From assembly GCA_050013255.1 (NCBI GenBank), contig JBEKFP010000001.1, positions 256,001-320,000 of the forward strand: a stretch of DNA of 64,000 bases. Direction: 5' to 3'. Both the position numbers and the translations under genes were made by a program. The notes beneath the pieces are model-generated. The model was given only the letters and a program-made list of their open reading frames with translations, was not told the origin of the DNA and ran no database searches. Below, piece after piece: positions 18,056-27,908 of this stretch (the first letter of the stretch is position 1; every line of letters starts with the position of its first letter). Source of the DNA: Candidatus Bathyarchaeia archaeon. GTDB lineage: Archaea > Thermoproteota > Bathyarchaeia > 40CM-2-53-6.

Positions 18056-21000
18056 CTAAGCACGCTCCGATACTTCTAGGCGCGGCGCTATGCCGAGCGC
18101 CATCAGTTCCTGCAGTAACAGTTTGAATGCGTAGGACAGCTGCACGCCGGATATGACGGCTTTGTCGCCGTCGATCCGACAAACGTACTTGTTCTGTTTC
18201 ACGTCGTGGTAGGCCAATAAGCCGCACACTTCGCAAACCATAACCGTGTACTTATCGGATTCCTCAAGGAGCCGGTCTCGCAAGAGCGCCGACGCGCCGT
18301 GGCCAATTAAGCAATCCCGTTCCATTTCGCCGAATCTGAGGCCCCCGCCCCTAGCGCGACCTTCTGTTGGTTGTCGTGTGAGCATCTGTACTTGCCCGCG
18401 AGCGCGTGCATGCATTTTGTCGGCGACCATGTGGTGTAGTTTCTGGTAGTAGACGACTCCGATGAAGACATCGGCGACAAGTTTCTTGCCGTCTATTCCG
18501 TTGTAGAGGACTTCTCTTCCGCTGTGTTGGAAACCTAACTCGAGAAGCTCATCCCGCAAAGCAGCGGGGCCTTCGTTACTGAAAGCGGTTCCATCGACGG
18601 GTTCGCCTCGAAGGCTTGCAACCTTCCCTCCGACTGCTTCAACAAACTGGCCGATAGTCATGCGCGATGGGATCGCATGCGGATTAATGATAACGTCGGG
18701 CACGATTCCCTGTTCGGTGAAGGGCATGTTCTCTTGTGGGATCAGCGTTCCGATGACACCTTTTTGTCCGTGCCTTGATGCGAATTTGTCACCGAGTTCT
18801 GGTATCCGCGTGTCTCGAACGCGGGCTTTCACTAGCCGGTTGCCCTCAATCGATTCGCTGAGGAAAACTGCGTCCACTATGCCTTGTTCTGATGGGCGCA
18901 TGCCGACCGATGAATCCCGTTTTGTTGGCCCCTTGACCTCGAATTCCCGGTATTCTTCAAGGAACCTTGGTGGGCTCGTTCTACCGATTAGCACGGAGTT
19001 TCCGGTGACTTCTGATTCAACCGAAATGACACCGTCTTCTTCCAAGAGCCTGTAGTACCTGTCACCCCTGTAGCCTCGAATTCCCGCTTCAGGTACTTCG
19101 AACTTATCGCGTAGGCCACCGAGGTATTGCCTGCACTCTCCTTCGTAGACTCTGTAGAAGGTTGAACGGAAGAGTCCGCGGTCGACGGATGACTTGTTGA
19201 TGATGATAGCGTCTTCCATGTTGTAGCCTTGGTAGCAGAGAAGTGCTACCACGCAATTCTGTCCGGCCGGCCTGCTGTCATACTTGATGATGTCCATGGG
19301 TTTCGTTCTGACGACAGGAACCTGTGGGTAGTGTAGGATATGGGCACGGGAGTCAGTGCGGTTTGCGTAGTTAACGCAGAAAACGCCAAGCGCTTGCTTC
19401 GCCATCGCTGATTCGTAGGCGTTGCGTGGTGATTGGTTGTGTTCTGGATAGGGAATCAGGGATGCACAGATCCCGAGTATTGTGTATGGGGCAATTTCGA
19501 GGTGTGTGGTTTTTTCGTTGATTCGGTTTGGTGATGGTGCGATTAGAGTGCTTTCTTCCTCGTCGGCGTCCAAGTACTCAATGACGCCTCTGTCCACCAA
19601 ATCTTCCCAACGCATCTCGCCCCGCTGAACTGCTTCTACGTGTTCACGCGTTAAGCGTGGCTTAGAATTCTCAACGATAATTAGCGGCCTTCTCACTCGA
19701 CCTTGGTCGCAGTTAACGTAAAGATCCTGTCTTCCTCCTTCAAATTGTGGCGGGGAATAGGCGACATTCACTTCGGAACTTATTTCAGCACTTCTTCGCA
19801 TCTGAATGAGTTCCGCCGAAAGCTTGTCTGCTTCGCTAACGTACCCTGCAATCAGGCCGTCAACGAAAACCTTCGCGCCCACTTCACGAAGCTTGCTGTC
19901 GGCTTCATCTACTGTGATTACACCCATCCTTCGGAGTTTGGAAACGAATTCTCGCGAATCAACACCGATGGATATGACGGCGCTGAGGGCGAGGTTCTTG
20001 ACGAGACCGCAGTTCGAGCCTTCAGGGGTTTCGCTGGGACAGAGCCTCCCCCAATGTGTTGGGTGTAGGTCTCTGGCTTCTAGGTTTGGTTGGCTCCTGC
20101 TCAGCGGAGATTGGAGCCTTCGAAGGTGACTTAGTGTTGATGCGTAATTTGTTCGATCTAGGAGTTGGGTTACGCCGACTCGACCGCGAACCCAATTGCC
20201 GGTGGCTATCGCGTGCTGGATTCGTTCAGTGATAATTCCTGGACGAATTGCGTTACTTATTGAAAGTTCAGCGTGCCTGCGAATCGTGATTCTTTCAAGC
20301 TGATACTTGAGGTCACGGATGAGGTTCCGGAAGGATATTCGGAAAAGTTCGGCTAGTAGAGACCCCGCGAGCTTCAACCGTTTGTTCGCGTAATGGTCCT
20401 TGTCGTCGGGCCCCCTCATTCCAAGTTTCAGTTCAATTACTCTGCATCCGACTTCCGCGATGCATGCCGCCTTCTCCTTCCTGTCCTCAGGGTTCCGTCC
20501 AATATGTGGGAGAAAGTTTCTGTCAACGGAAGCTTCGGCCTTCTTTAACCGGTAATCTTCGACCTGGCCGGGAGCCAACCTGTTGCCAATGTAGAGGAGT
20601 GCGTCCCTCTGCGTGACGACTCCGACGGACTTCTCGAAGGTTGGTGCAAGTTGATTTTGAAGCGTCTCGTCAGTGGATATCATTTCGGCGATTTTCGAAT
20701 CTTCTTCGTAGCCGAGCGACTTTATCATCACTACTATTGGAATGTCCGATGGGACTCCAGGCATTGTGATGTACATAGCGCCGTCAGTTTTCAGAGTGAC
20801 TTCTGTTCTAGCCCTGAAGCCGACGGTAGTCGAGAAAATCTTGGCCTTATAGGTCGGGTGAACACCTGTTTGCTCTTTGTCCACGAGAATCTTGTTCGCT
20901 GCCAAATCTTCTAGCGCGACTACGACGCGTTCCGCGCCATTTACTATGAAGTAACCACCGGGGTCAATCGGGTCCTCACCAATGCTGATGAGTTCTTCAG

Positions 21001-21418
21001 GCGCCATGCGGGAAAGTGGGCAGATTTTCGAGCGGAGCATTACGGGGAAGTCCCCGATGTAGACAATCTCGGTCTGCCCTTCTCTTTCGCCAATAACTGG
21101 CGTCATTTCCAGATGTAAGGGAGCCGCGTAGGTGAGATTGCGAATTCTGGCTTCAGTGGGAAAAATCTGCCGTTCCGATCCGTCTACTTCAGTAACACGC
21201 GGCGTTCCAATCTCGATCTTCCCCAGCTTGATCTTCAGCGGGTAGTCTTCAATTTCAATCGGTATTTCTCCTGTCTCGTCGACAATAGCTTGCAGCCCAG
21301 TTTCGATGAATTCGTTATACGAGTCGATGTGCTGCCTAACCAGCCCTTTCTCGTCCAGGAAATGTTTGATTAGATCCCAGATTTGAGGGCTAACCATTCC
21401 ACTTGCTGTTACAGTCAT
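18056..21418 (-). CDS. rpoB: DNA-directed RNA polymerase subunit Rpo2 (B), unsplit
   Basis: GDKFASRHGQKG, RQPTEGRARGGGLRFGEMERD, C-terminal Zn ribbon. Confidence 0.97.
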   Translation of the reverse strand: MTVTASGMVSPQIWDLIKHFLDEKGLVRQHIDSYNEFIETGLQAIVDETGEIPIEIEDYPLKIKLGKIEIGTPRVTEVDGSERQIFPTEARIRNLTYAAPLHLEMTPVIGEREGQTEIVYIGDFPVMLRSKICPLSRMAPEELISIGEDPIDPGGYFIVNGAERVVVALEDLAANKILVDKEQTGVHPTYKAKIFSTTVGFRARTEVTLKTDGAMYITMPGVPSDIPIVVMIKSLGYEEDSKIAEMISTDETLQNQLAPTFEKSVGVVTQRDALLYIGNRLAPGQVEDYRLKKAEASVDRNFLPHIGRNPEDRKEKAACIAEVGCRVIELKLGMRGPDDKDHYANKRLKLAGSLLAELFRISFRNLIRDLKYQLERITIRRHAELSISNAIRPGIITERIQHAIATGNWVRGRVGVTQLLDRTNYASTLSHLRRLQSPLSRSQPNLEARDLHPTHWGRLCPSETPEGSNCGLVKNLALSAVISIGVDSREFVSKLRRMGVITVDEADSKLREVGAKVFVDGLIAGYVSEADKLSAELIQMRRSAEISSEVNVAYSPPQFEGGRQDLYVNCDQGRVRRPLIIVENSKPRLTREHVEAVQRGEMRWEDLVDRGVIEYLDADEEESTLIAPSPNRINEKTTHLEIAPYTILGICASLIPYPEHNQSPRNAYESAMAKQALGVFCVNYANRTDSRAHILHYPQVPVVRTKPMDIIKYDSRPAGQNCVVALLCYQGYNMEDAIIINKSSVDRGLFRSTFYRVYEGECRQYLGGLRDKFEVPEAGIRGYRGDRYYRLLEEDGVISVESEVTGNSVLIGRTSPPRFLEEYREFEVKGPTKRDSSVGMRPSEQGIVDAVFLSESIEGNRLVKARVRDTRIPELGDKFASRHGQKGVIGTLIPQENMPFTEQGIVPDVIINPHAIPSRMTIGQFVEAVGGKVASLRGEPVDGTAFSNEGPAALRDELLELGFQHSGREVLYNGIDGKKLVADVFIGVVYYQKLHHMVADKMHARARGQVQMLTRQPTEGRARGGGLRFGEMERDCLIGHGASALLRDRLLEESDKYTVMVCEVCGLLAYHDVKQNKYVCRIDGDKAVISGVQLSYAFKLLLQELMALGIAPRLEVSERA

Positions 21419-21427
21419 AAATCCACC

Positions 21428-21694
21428 CTAACTATCAACAACATAACGATAAACGACAACTTCGCCAGCGGTCGCGCTCTTACGGGTAATACGCAAGATG
21501 TCACCCATCTTTGCTCCCAGGACTTCAGCAGTAGGATCACTACTCTTGATGTATGGGAGCTGATATGGCCTGATATGAAATTCCCGCATCAGTTCTTCTG
21601 CTTCTTTCTTGGAAAGAAGTTCATGTTTAGGGACAAAGGAATGTCCGAAAATATTGTATGACCTCTCCTTTTCGGTATCTTTCAATCTAGGCAT
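21428..21694 (-). CDS. rpoH: RNA polymerase subunit Rpo5 (H)
   Basis: HSFVPKHELL, LPYIKSSDP, RKSATAG..VYRYV; likely start at ATG 21694. Confidence 0.95.
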   Translation of the reverse strand: MPRLKDTEKERSYNIFGHSFVPKHELLSKKEAEELMREFHIRPYQLPYIKSSDPTAEVLGAKMGDILRITRKSATAGEVVVYRYVVDS

Positions 21695-21923
21695 TCTCTC
21701 CACGGAGAAAAGGTTCATCCGGCCCTCGTTTGAAGCCCTTCCGAAACTTTCCGTACATGCACCGGGACCCACGCTAATAAAGTTTCGTCCACATCAAAGC
21801 GCTCCGCTAGACGAAGAAGCTGCTTCCGAAGCGAAATTTCGGAGCAGACGACGACTCGACGATCACATTCTATGTGGGAGCTCATTAATTATGTTTGAGG
21901 CACCCCAAACTAATCCAATCCCT

Positions 21924-22700
21924 TCACTCACGTCGATAAACCAGGGTTGAGCTTGCCTGGTCGGTAGGCAGCAAGACGATTTCGCTAACGTTAACGTGTG
22001 AGGGCCTGGTTATTGCGTAAAATACCGTGTCGGCAACATCATCAGCTGTTAACGGAGTCATACCCTTATAGGTCTGGGTGGCGCGCTCCCGGTTGCCACG
22101 AAACCTGACCTGCGCAAATTCAGTTTCCACAAGCCCCGGGCTAATTGTTGTAACACGGATTGGTGTGCCCAACAGGTCTTGCCTTAACCCATCCGACAGG
22201 ACCCTAACTGCAGCTTTGGATGCACAGTAGACGTTCCCACGAGGATATGTCTGGATGCCAGCAATGGAAGCAATGTTAACCACATGCCCCTTCCCTCGTT
22301 TCACCATCCCTGGAACAACCAGACGGGTGACGTAGAGCAGGCCTTTGACGTTGCTATCAATCATCTCTTCCCAGTCTTCGATATGCCCCTCATGCAACTT
22401 GTCGAAACCACGAGCGAGACCCGCATTGTTAATCAACACACCGATAGACTGCCACTCATTAGGGAGCGTTTCGAGAGCGGTCTTGACCTGGTCAGAGTTG
22501 CGGACGTCGAATGGCAGAACGAGGCTTGAAGTGCCGTAGCGCTCCTTCAATTCTGCAGCTAAGGCATTAAGGCGCTCCTCTCTACGTGCGTTCAAAATGA
22601 CTCTGGCACCGTTCTTGCTGCATACCCGTGCGCAAGCTGCGCCGATCCCGCTACTCGCGCCCGTGATTAGAACAATCTCATTCGTCAGCGTCTGCAACAC
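21924..22700 (-). CDS. Short-chain dehydrogenase/reductase, YdfG-like
   Basis: TGASSGIG, NNAGLARG, YCASK, PGLVETEF. Confidence 0.9.
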   Translation of the reverse strand: MLQTLTNEIVLITGASSGIGAACARVCSKNGARVILNARREERLNALAAELKERYGTSSLVLPFDVRNSDQVKTALETLPNEWQSIGVLINNAGLARGFDKLHEGHIEDWEEMIDSNVKGLLYVTRLVVPGMVKRGKGHVVNIASIAGIQTYPRGNVYCASKAAVRVLSDGLRQDLLGTPIRVTTISPGLVETEFAQVRFRGNRERATQTYKGMTPLTADDVADTVFYAITRPSHVNVSEIVLLPTDQASSTLVYRRE

Positions 22701-22813
22701 CTACCTATAGACGAAGCAGTAAATCTGCCGTATATCAGAGCTTGCGTGCGCAGGTTAGGATTATCGTTAGTCTACCGGCTAGTATAGAGACTACAGACGG
22801 CATGGATATACTG

Positions 22814-22846
22814 TATTCTAATCTTCGAATATTCGGCGAATGGAAT
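22814..22846. promoter_or_regulatory. Tandem ATTC-N8-GAAT palindromic operator (putative ArsR/SqrR-type site)
   Basis: ATTC taatcttc GAAT (22815-22830) followed immediately by ATTC ggcgaatg GAAT (22831-22846), between a TATA-like GATATA (22805-22810) and the ArsR start. Confidence 0.6.
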
Positions 22847-23189
22847 GCTCTCGCCGACTAAGCAACGAATCCTGCAGCTACAATCTGAAATCTGTAAGAT
22901 ACTCTCCAATCCGAAACGCCTCCAAATCCTTCACGAACTCCGTGGTGGCGAAAAGACCGTGGGTGAATTGGCATCCAGCACCGCCTTGAAACAAGCAAAC
23001 GTTTCGCAGCATCTAGCGCTTATGCGACACCGAATGATTGTGGTTGAAAGGCGTGTTGGCAACACAGTGTTCTATCGAATTTCAGACCGGCGCATCAACG
23101 AGGCTTGTGACATCATGCAACAAGTCCTACTCACGCAGGCTGGCGAGGACTCGAAGTTGGTTAGGTTGGCGGTCACGTCCAGTCGCTAA
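22845..23189 (+). CDS. ArsR/SmtB family transcriptional regulator
   Basis: LSNPKRLQIL, VSQHLALMR, VFYRI; two Cys (EICK, EACD). Confidence 0.92.
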   Translation: MLSPTKQRILQLQSEICKILSNPKRLQILHELRGGEKTVGELASSTALKQANVSQHLALMRHRMIVVERRVGNTVFYRISDRRINEACDIMQQVLLTQAGEDSKLVRLAVTSSR

Positions 23190-23197
23190 AAAAGGAG

Positions 23198-23704
23198 ATG
23201 AAAAAAATGCAAACCTTAGAACAGAAAACTGCTCCGCCGTTGAAACGAAATAGGCTCGTCATAATTTGCTCGAAAGGCAGCTTGGATATGGCTTATCCGC
23301 CGTTAATGTTGGCAACGACAGGCGCGGCGATGGGCATGGACGTACACCTCTACTTCACCTTCTGGGGAATGAACATGATTACGAAGAAGACAATTGACTC
23401 ACTAAAAATCTCCCCCGTCGGAAACCCAGCCCTCCCAATGCCGAACATTCTTGGAATGATTCCTGGAATGAGCAGCATGGTGACCTCAATGATGACAAAG
23501 AAAATGCAGAAAATGAAGATGCCCAGCATCAGAGAAATGATAGCTACTGCCAAGGAGAGCGGCGTCAAATTCCACGCGTGCTCCCCATCAATGAACATGA
23601 TGGGCCTGAAGAAGGAAGACTTGATTCCGGAAGTGGACGACATCATCGGCGCAACAACATACCTCGACCTAGCATCAGAAGACGCCATAACACTCTTCGT
23701 GTAA
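23198..23704 (+). CDS. DsrE2/DsrE-F-like sulfurtransferase
   Basis: SKGSLDMAYPP, YFTFWG, FHACSPSM. Confidence 0.88.
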   Translation: MKKMQTLEQKTAPPLKRNRLVIICSKGSLDMAYPPLMLATTGAAMGMDVHLYFTFWGMNMITKKTIDSLKISPVGNPALPMPNILGMIPGMSSMVTSMMTKKMQKMKMPSIREMIATAKESGVKFHACSPSMNMMGLKKEDLIPEVDDIIGATTYLDLASEDAITLFV

Positions 23705-23718
23705 ACTGAGGAACCCCC

Positions 23719-23979
23719 ATGTCAACACCTGAAACTGCAATCAAAACCCCCATCGTAGTTGACTCACGGGGCACAATGTGCCCCGGCCCCATTACGGACC
23801 TATTCAAAGCCTACCGCCACGCAAACATCGGCGACGTAATCGAACTCCTCGCCACCGACCCTGCGGCAAAAAGCGACACTCAGGCTTGGGCAAAACGAAG
23901 CGGAAACGAAATTCTGGAAATCGTTGACGAGAAAGACTACGTTCGAATCAAAGTACACATCGTCAAGAAAGGCCGGTAG
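23719..23979 (+). CDS. tusA: TusA/SirA-like sulfur carrier
   Basis: DSRGTMCPGP (CPxP), LATDP..KSDTQAWA. Confidence 0.9.
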   Translation: MSTPETAIKTPIVVDSRGTMCPGPITDLFKAYRHANIGDVIELLATDPAAKSDTQAWAKRSGNEILEIVDEKDYVRIKVHIVKKGR

Positions 23980-23991
23980 CAAGAAGTATCT

Positions 23992-25203
23992 ATGATGGCC
24001 CAACACCGGATCAACATTGTCATTGTTGGGGGTGGAACGGGAGGAACGTTAGCCGTTAATCTGTTGGCGAGCCACCTTCACCGGGAAATAAGAGCAGAAC
24101 AGGTGGGGGTGCAGCTCATCTGCGGCCAAAAGACCCACATTTTTCAACCTGGTTACCTACACGTCGCCTTCAAGGGCCTGAACCCGAGCGATATCATCCG
24201 CTCCGAAGAAGAGCTCGTCAATTCGGGCGTGAAGCTCATAGCTCAAGATGCGCAACGAATCGAATTGGCAGCGAAGACAGTGACGCTCGTATCCGGAGAG
24301 AAGATTAGCTATGACTATTTGGTAGTAGCAACGGGAAGCGTTCCGGACCCATCAGCGATTCCCGGCTTAAGTAAAGCTTCTCTAAACTTTCACACCAGCC
24401 CTGAGGAATCAAGAAAAATCTGGAATGCAATCCAGAACTTTGATGGAGGCCACGTCGTCGTCGGAATCGCCGGTGTACCACACAAGTGCCCCCCGTCGCC
24501 AAATGAAGCGGCCTTCCTAGTCGACGATTATTTCAGGGAGCAGGGTACACGTGATAAGGTGAAGATAACTTTCGTTACTCCATACCCACGGCCTTACCCT
24601 GCCGAGCCCATGTCCAAGGTTATCGAACCGCGTTTTCAGAAGCGCGGGATTGAAGTCGTGACATTCTTCAATGTTGAGTCCGTGGACCCAACAAAGCGTG
24701 AGGTCTATTCCCTCGAAGGCGAATCATTACAATACGATTTACTCATAATGGTTCCACCGCATCGTGGCGCTGACGTTGTGATGAAGTCGGGAATCGGAGA
24801 CGCGGATGGATGGATTCCCACCGACAAGGGCACACTTCGAATTGTAGACTATGAGAACACGTACGCGATTGGGGATGCTACGAACATCCCTGTCTCGAAG
24901 ACTGGCGTCACCGCACACCTGGAATCAATCGTTGCCGTAGACAACATCATATCCTCTATTCGGAAGAGCGGTAAGCTCTTCAAGTACAACGGGCGAATTA
25001 ACTGCCCGTTCGAGATGGGTTCGGGGCAAGCTTCGTTTGTCGTCGGATCCTACGACATGCCGGTGAAACAAATTCAGCCCTCACGAATTCGTTATATGAT
25101 GAAGAAAGCATTTGCCCGATTTTACTGGCGAACGTTGTCCGGAAGTTGGGATTGGTTGCTGAAAGCATATTTCGGGAGAACGTACACCATCGACACGACA
25201 TAA
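23992..25203 (+). CDS. Sulfide:quinone oxidoreductase-like flavoprotein (type III-like)
   Basis: GGGTGG, HKCPPSPNE, VPPHRG, AIGDAT, YNGRINC. Confidence 0.85.
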   Translation: MMAQHRINIVIVGGGTGGTLAVNLLASHLHREIRAEQVGVQLICGQKTHIFQPGYLHVAFKGLNPSDIIRSEEELVNSGVKLIAQDAQRIELAAKTVTLVSGEKISYDYLVVATGSVPDPSAIPGLSKASLNFHTSPEESRKIWNAIQNFDGGHVVVGIAGVPHKCPPSPNEAAFLVDDYFREQGTRDKVKITFVTPYPRPYPAEPMSKVIEPRFQKRGIEVVTFFNVESVDPTKREVYSLEGESLQYDLLIMVPPHRGADVVMKSGIGDADGWIPTDKGTLRIVDYENTYAIGDATNIPVSKTGVTAHLESIVAVDNIISSIRKSGKLFKYNGRINCPFEMGSGQASFVVGSYDMPVKQIQPSRIRYMMKKAFARFYWRTLSGSWDWLLKAYFGRTYTIDTT

Positions 25204-25217
25204 CGGGTGCAAGTGAG

Positions 25218-25685
25218 ATGGCTGCACAAGTTTCATTGAAATTAGAGCGGGTTAAGGATCTTAAGTTCAACGTCAACCTACAGGACGGCCGCAGAATCGA
25301 ACTGAACTCAGCGGACGAGATGGGACAGGCCTTCACTCCCATGGAGCTCTTCTTGATCGGTTTGGCAGGTTGCACTGCGATGGATGTGCAATGGATTATG
25401 GATAAGCAGAGGCAGCAGGTTGACCGGCTAGAGATTTCAGCCCGGGGAACACGGCGCGATGAAGATCCGAGGTATTATGAAACCATAGACCTAGAATACA
25501 CGCTCGCAGGCCCGAGCATCAGAAAGGATGCCGTTGAAAAGGCAATTAGACTCTCACAGGAAAAATACTGTTCAGTACGGGCCATGGTAACGAATAATGT
25601 CAAAATTAACATAACATACAAGATTGCGAACGGAACCGAACCCGAGCAAAAGTACGTCTACACTCCGCCGCAGGCTTCAGATTGA
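25218..25685 (+). CDS. OsmC/YhfA family protein
   Basis: PMELFLIGLAGCTAMD...LSQEKYCSV; likely start at ATG 25218. Confidence 0.9.
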   Translation: MAAQVSLKLERVKDLKFNVNLQDGRRIELNSADEMGQAFTPMELFLIGLAGCTAMDVQWIMDKQRQQVDRLEISARGTRRDEDPRYYETIDLEYTLAGPSIRKDAVEKAIRLSQEKYCSVRAMVTNNVKINITYKIANGTEPEQKYVYTPPQASD

Positions 25686-25949
25686 AGAACTTGAGCCACC
25701 GCATGGATGACAACGTCGCTTTTATCCCGGTTGGACCTTAACTTACCTAGATGAACATTGGGTAACCCTAAGATGGTTCGTAAGAAAAAGAAAGAACAGG
25801 CTAAACCCGCATCTACGGGTCAGACGCCGTCCTCAGGACATTAACCGCCCCCTAGCTAGTTCCGAATCGCCTGCGTCAAAGAACTCGACTTTATGTACGT
25901 AAGTCTCTATTGGGCCACAGCGATTCACAACTTCGGCGGACCTGACCAA

Positions 25950-27122
25950 ATGCAGCAAACAGACCCCAAAGAATTCTACCAATACGACCCCGACAAAAGG
26001 GCCCTTGCTGCGCGTTACGAAAATGTGAAACTAATTCTAGAGCCCATAACTGGAACCATCGTTCCAGTCGCATTTTCTCTCCTTCTACTATTCTCAGGCA
26101 CTTCAGTGTGGCTCGTACACTATCTCGCTTCAACGACCGATTCCTATTGGGTGACATTGGGTGTGTACCTTGTCATCTTCGTGAGCCTCCTTCAGCTTGT
26201 AGAGGCCCCAATCTCATTCTATTCCGGGTTCGTAGTTGACCACAGATTTCATCTTTCGACACAGAATCTGAAGGGCTGGGCCGTGGACGAGTTAAAGAGC
26301 CTAGGAATCGAGGTAGCGTTTGGCGTTCTTGCGGTAACAATCCTCTATTATCTGATAAGGTCGGTGAGTTTGTGGTGGCTCGCGGCAGCAGTCCTATTTG
26401 CGATTTTCTCAATCTTGCTTTCAATAATCCTGCCCTACGTCCTCATGCCCATATTTTACAAAGTGATACCGCTCACCGATTCATCATTGAAGGATACTCT
26501 TCTTGAAATGTCCAGAAAAGTCGGAGCTAAGAGCGTTGACCGTGTCATAGTGGCAGATGAAAGCAGAAAATCCGTCAGAGCGAACGCATTCTTCTCTGGA
26601 ATCGGTAAGAGTAAAGCGATCGTACTATTCGATACGTTGTTAAGCAATTTCACACGGAGAGAAGTGATTACCGTGGTTGCTCACGAGCTTGGCCATTACG
26701 TGAATAAGGATATTTGGAAGGAGGCGATTCTATCAGGTTTCTTGACTGTACCGCCCTTCTTCATTGCTGACTACGTTCTGAGGTTGGGCGCGGGCAACTT
26801 GGGGCTGACTGGAGCAGCTGACCCTGCAGGTGTTCCCGTAATCTTCGCCATCCTAATAGGCGTGAGCTTCGTCCTTCAACCCATCTCCAATGGAATCTCA
26901 CGAACAATGGAGAGTAAAGCAGATGAGTTTGCTCTCCGAGCCGCGGATGATTCAGAGGCGCAGTCGTCAGCCGAGAGGAGGCTGGCCGACCTGAGCCTTG
27001 CAGTCGACAAGCCGAACCGGCTGGTGGAACTCGTCTTCTACTCTCATCCTTCGCCCTCCAAACGCGTGCAATTGGCTGACGGTTGGAGGAAAGAGCATAC
27101 GAGCGGAAAAAACGTCGGGTAG
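25950..27122 (+). CDS. M48 family (Ste24-like) membrane zinc metalloprotease
   Basis: ANAFFSG, AHELGH (HExxH), ESKADEFA, YSHP. Confidence 0.92.
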   Translation: MQQTDPKEFYQYDPDKRALAARYENVKLILEPITGTIVPVAFSLLLLFSGTSVWLVHYLASTTDSYWVTLGVYLVIFVSLLQLVEAPISFYSGFVVDHRFHLSTQNLKGWAVDELKSLGIEVAFGVLAVTILYYLIRSVSLWWLAAAVLFAIFSILLSIILPYVLMPIFYKVIPLTDSSLKDTLLEMSRKVGAKSVDRVIVADESRKSVRANAFFSGIGKSKAIVLFDTLLSNFTRREVITVVAHELGHYVNKDIWKEAILSGFLTVPPFFIADYVLRLGAGNLGLTGAADPAGVPVIFAILIGVSFVLQPISNGISRTMESKADEFALRAADDSEAQSSAERRLADLSLAVDKPNRLVELVFYSHPSPSKRVQLADGWRKEHTSGKNVG

Positions 27123-27138
27123 AATGTGTCTCGAGACC

Positions 27139-27678
27139 TTATCGGTAGACCTTTCTGATTCGCGAGATTAGGGACGGGCCAATCGCGGCAAGCAATATTG
27201 CTGTGGTTAACTCGTGCGCTAGGCCGAAAGGATAAACGCTTGTACCACCCGTGATGAATGGAACGTAGAGGGCAAGGACCGCGCTCACCCAAGGATAGCT
27301 GAAAAGTAAGGCATCGATGATAGAGGTCCCAATATCGAAGATCATGGTCAGCAAGTAACCTACCCCCGCCATTTTCCACCGATTAAGCGAGCTGGCATGA
27401 TACCATAGAAGACCCGCGAATAATCCAACTATGGCCATACAGCTTGAAGTCTCCAGGGTCCATATACCAGCCCCGTATGGGCTGACCAAATCGCTAAGCG
27501 TCATGGAAAGCCAACCCACGGCAAACCCGGCCAGGGGGCCGCCGATCACTCCGCCAACGATGACAAGAAAGGCAATTGGCTTGACGTTAGGTGGGCCCCA
27601 AGCGAGAGCGAACCTGAAGGCGACGTTCGCCGCGGAGAGTGAGGCTACGAGGGCCAAGAGCCTTGTCTTGCTTGGCAA
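27139..27678 (-). CDS. ECF transporter S-component, CbrT-like (possibly cobalamin)
   Basis: About 6 TM helices; PPNVKPIAFLVIVGG and G.G.WT motifs typical of CbrT-like S components. Confidence 0.7.
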   Translation of the reverse strand: MPSKTRLLALVASLSAANVAFRFALAWGPPNVKPIAFLVIVGGVIGGPLAGFAVGWLSMTLSDLVSPYGAGIWTLETSSCMAIVGLFAGLLWYHASSLNRWKMAGVGYLLTMIFDIGTSIIDALLFSYPWVSAVLALYVPFITGGTSVYPFGLAHELTTAILLAAIGPSLISRIRKVYR

Positions 27679-27681
27679 GCA

Positions 27682-27820
27682 CGATGCTACCTGGATGGAT
27701 TATCCAGGCCACCACATGTAAATCCTTCCCAAGGCACGAGACGGATTTCCGGAATGAAACACTACCACCACTCGCGCAACCTTGGGAACTCTGCCGGCAG
27801 CATCGAGCATTTTGCTGGCT
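27682..27820 (-). promoter_or_regulatory. Structured 5' leader / candidate riboswitch of the ECF S-component
   Basis: 10-bp closing helix 27796-27805/27682-27691; inner helices 27780-27788/27726-27734 and 27771-27777/27734-27740; TATA-like TTTAAG about 27848-27853 on the minus strand. Confidence 0.55.
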
Positions 27821-27908
27821 GAATGATTGGACGGATCGTCTATGAAACTTAAATCTAGGCACGAATTCCAAGCTCGAATCTATTGTCTGTAGGAGAAGAC
27901 TGAGAAAG

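Noticed and set aside
14282-20914. Multiple long plus-strand ORFs within the RNA polymerase genes
   Set aside because: Antisense shadow frames of rpoA/rpoB with no independent coding signal.
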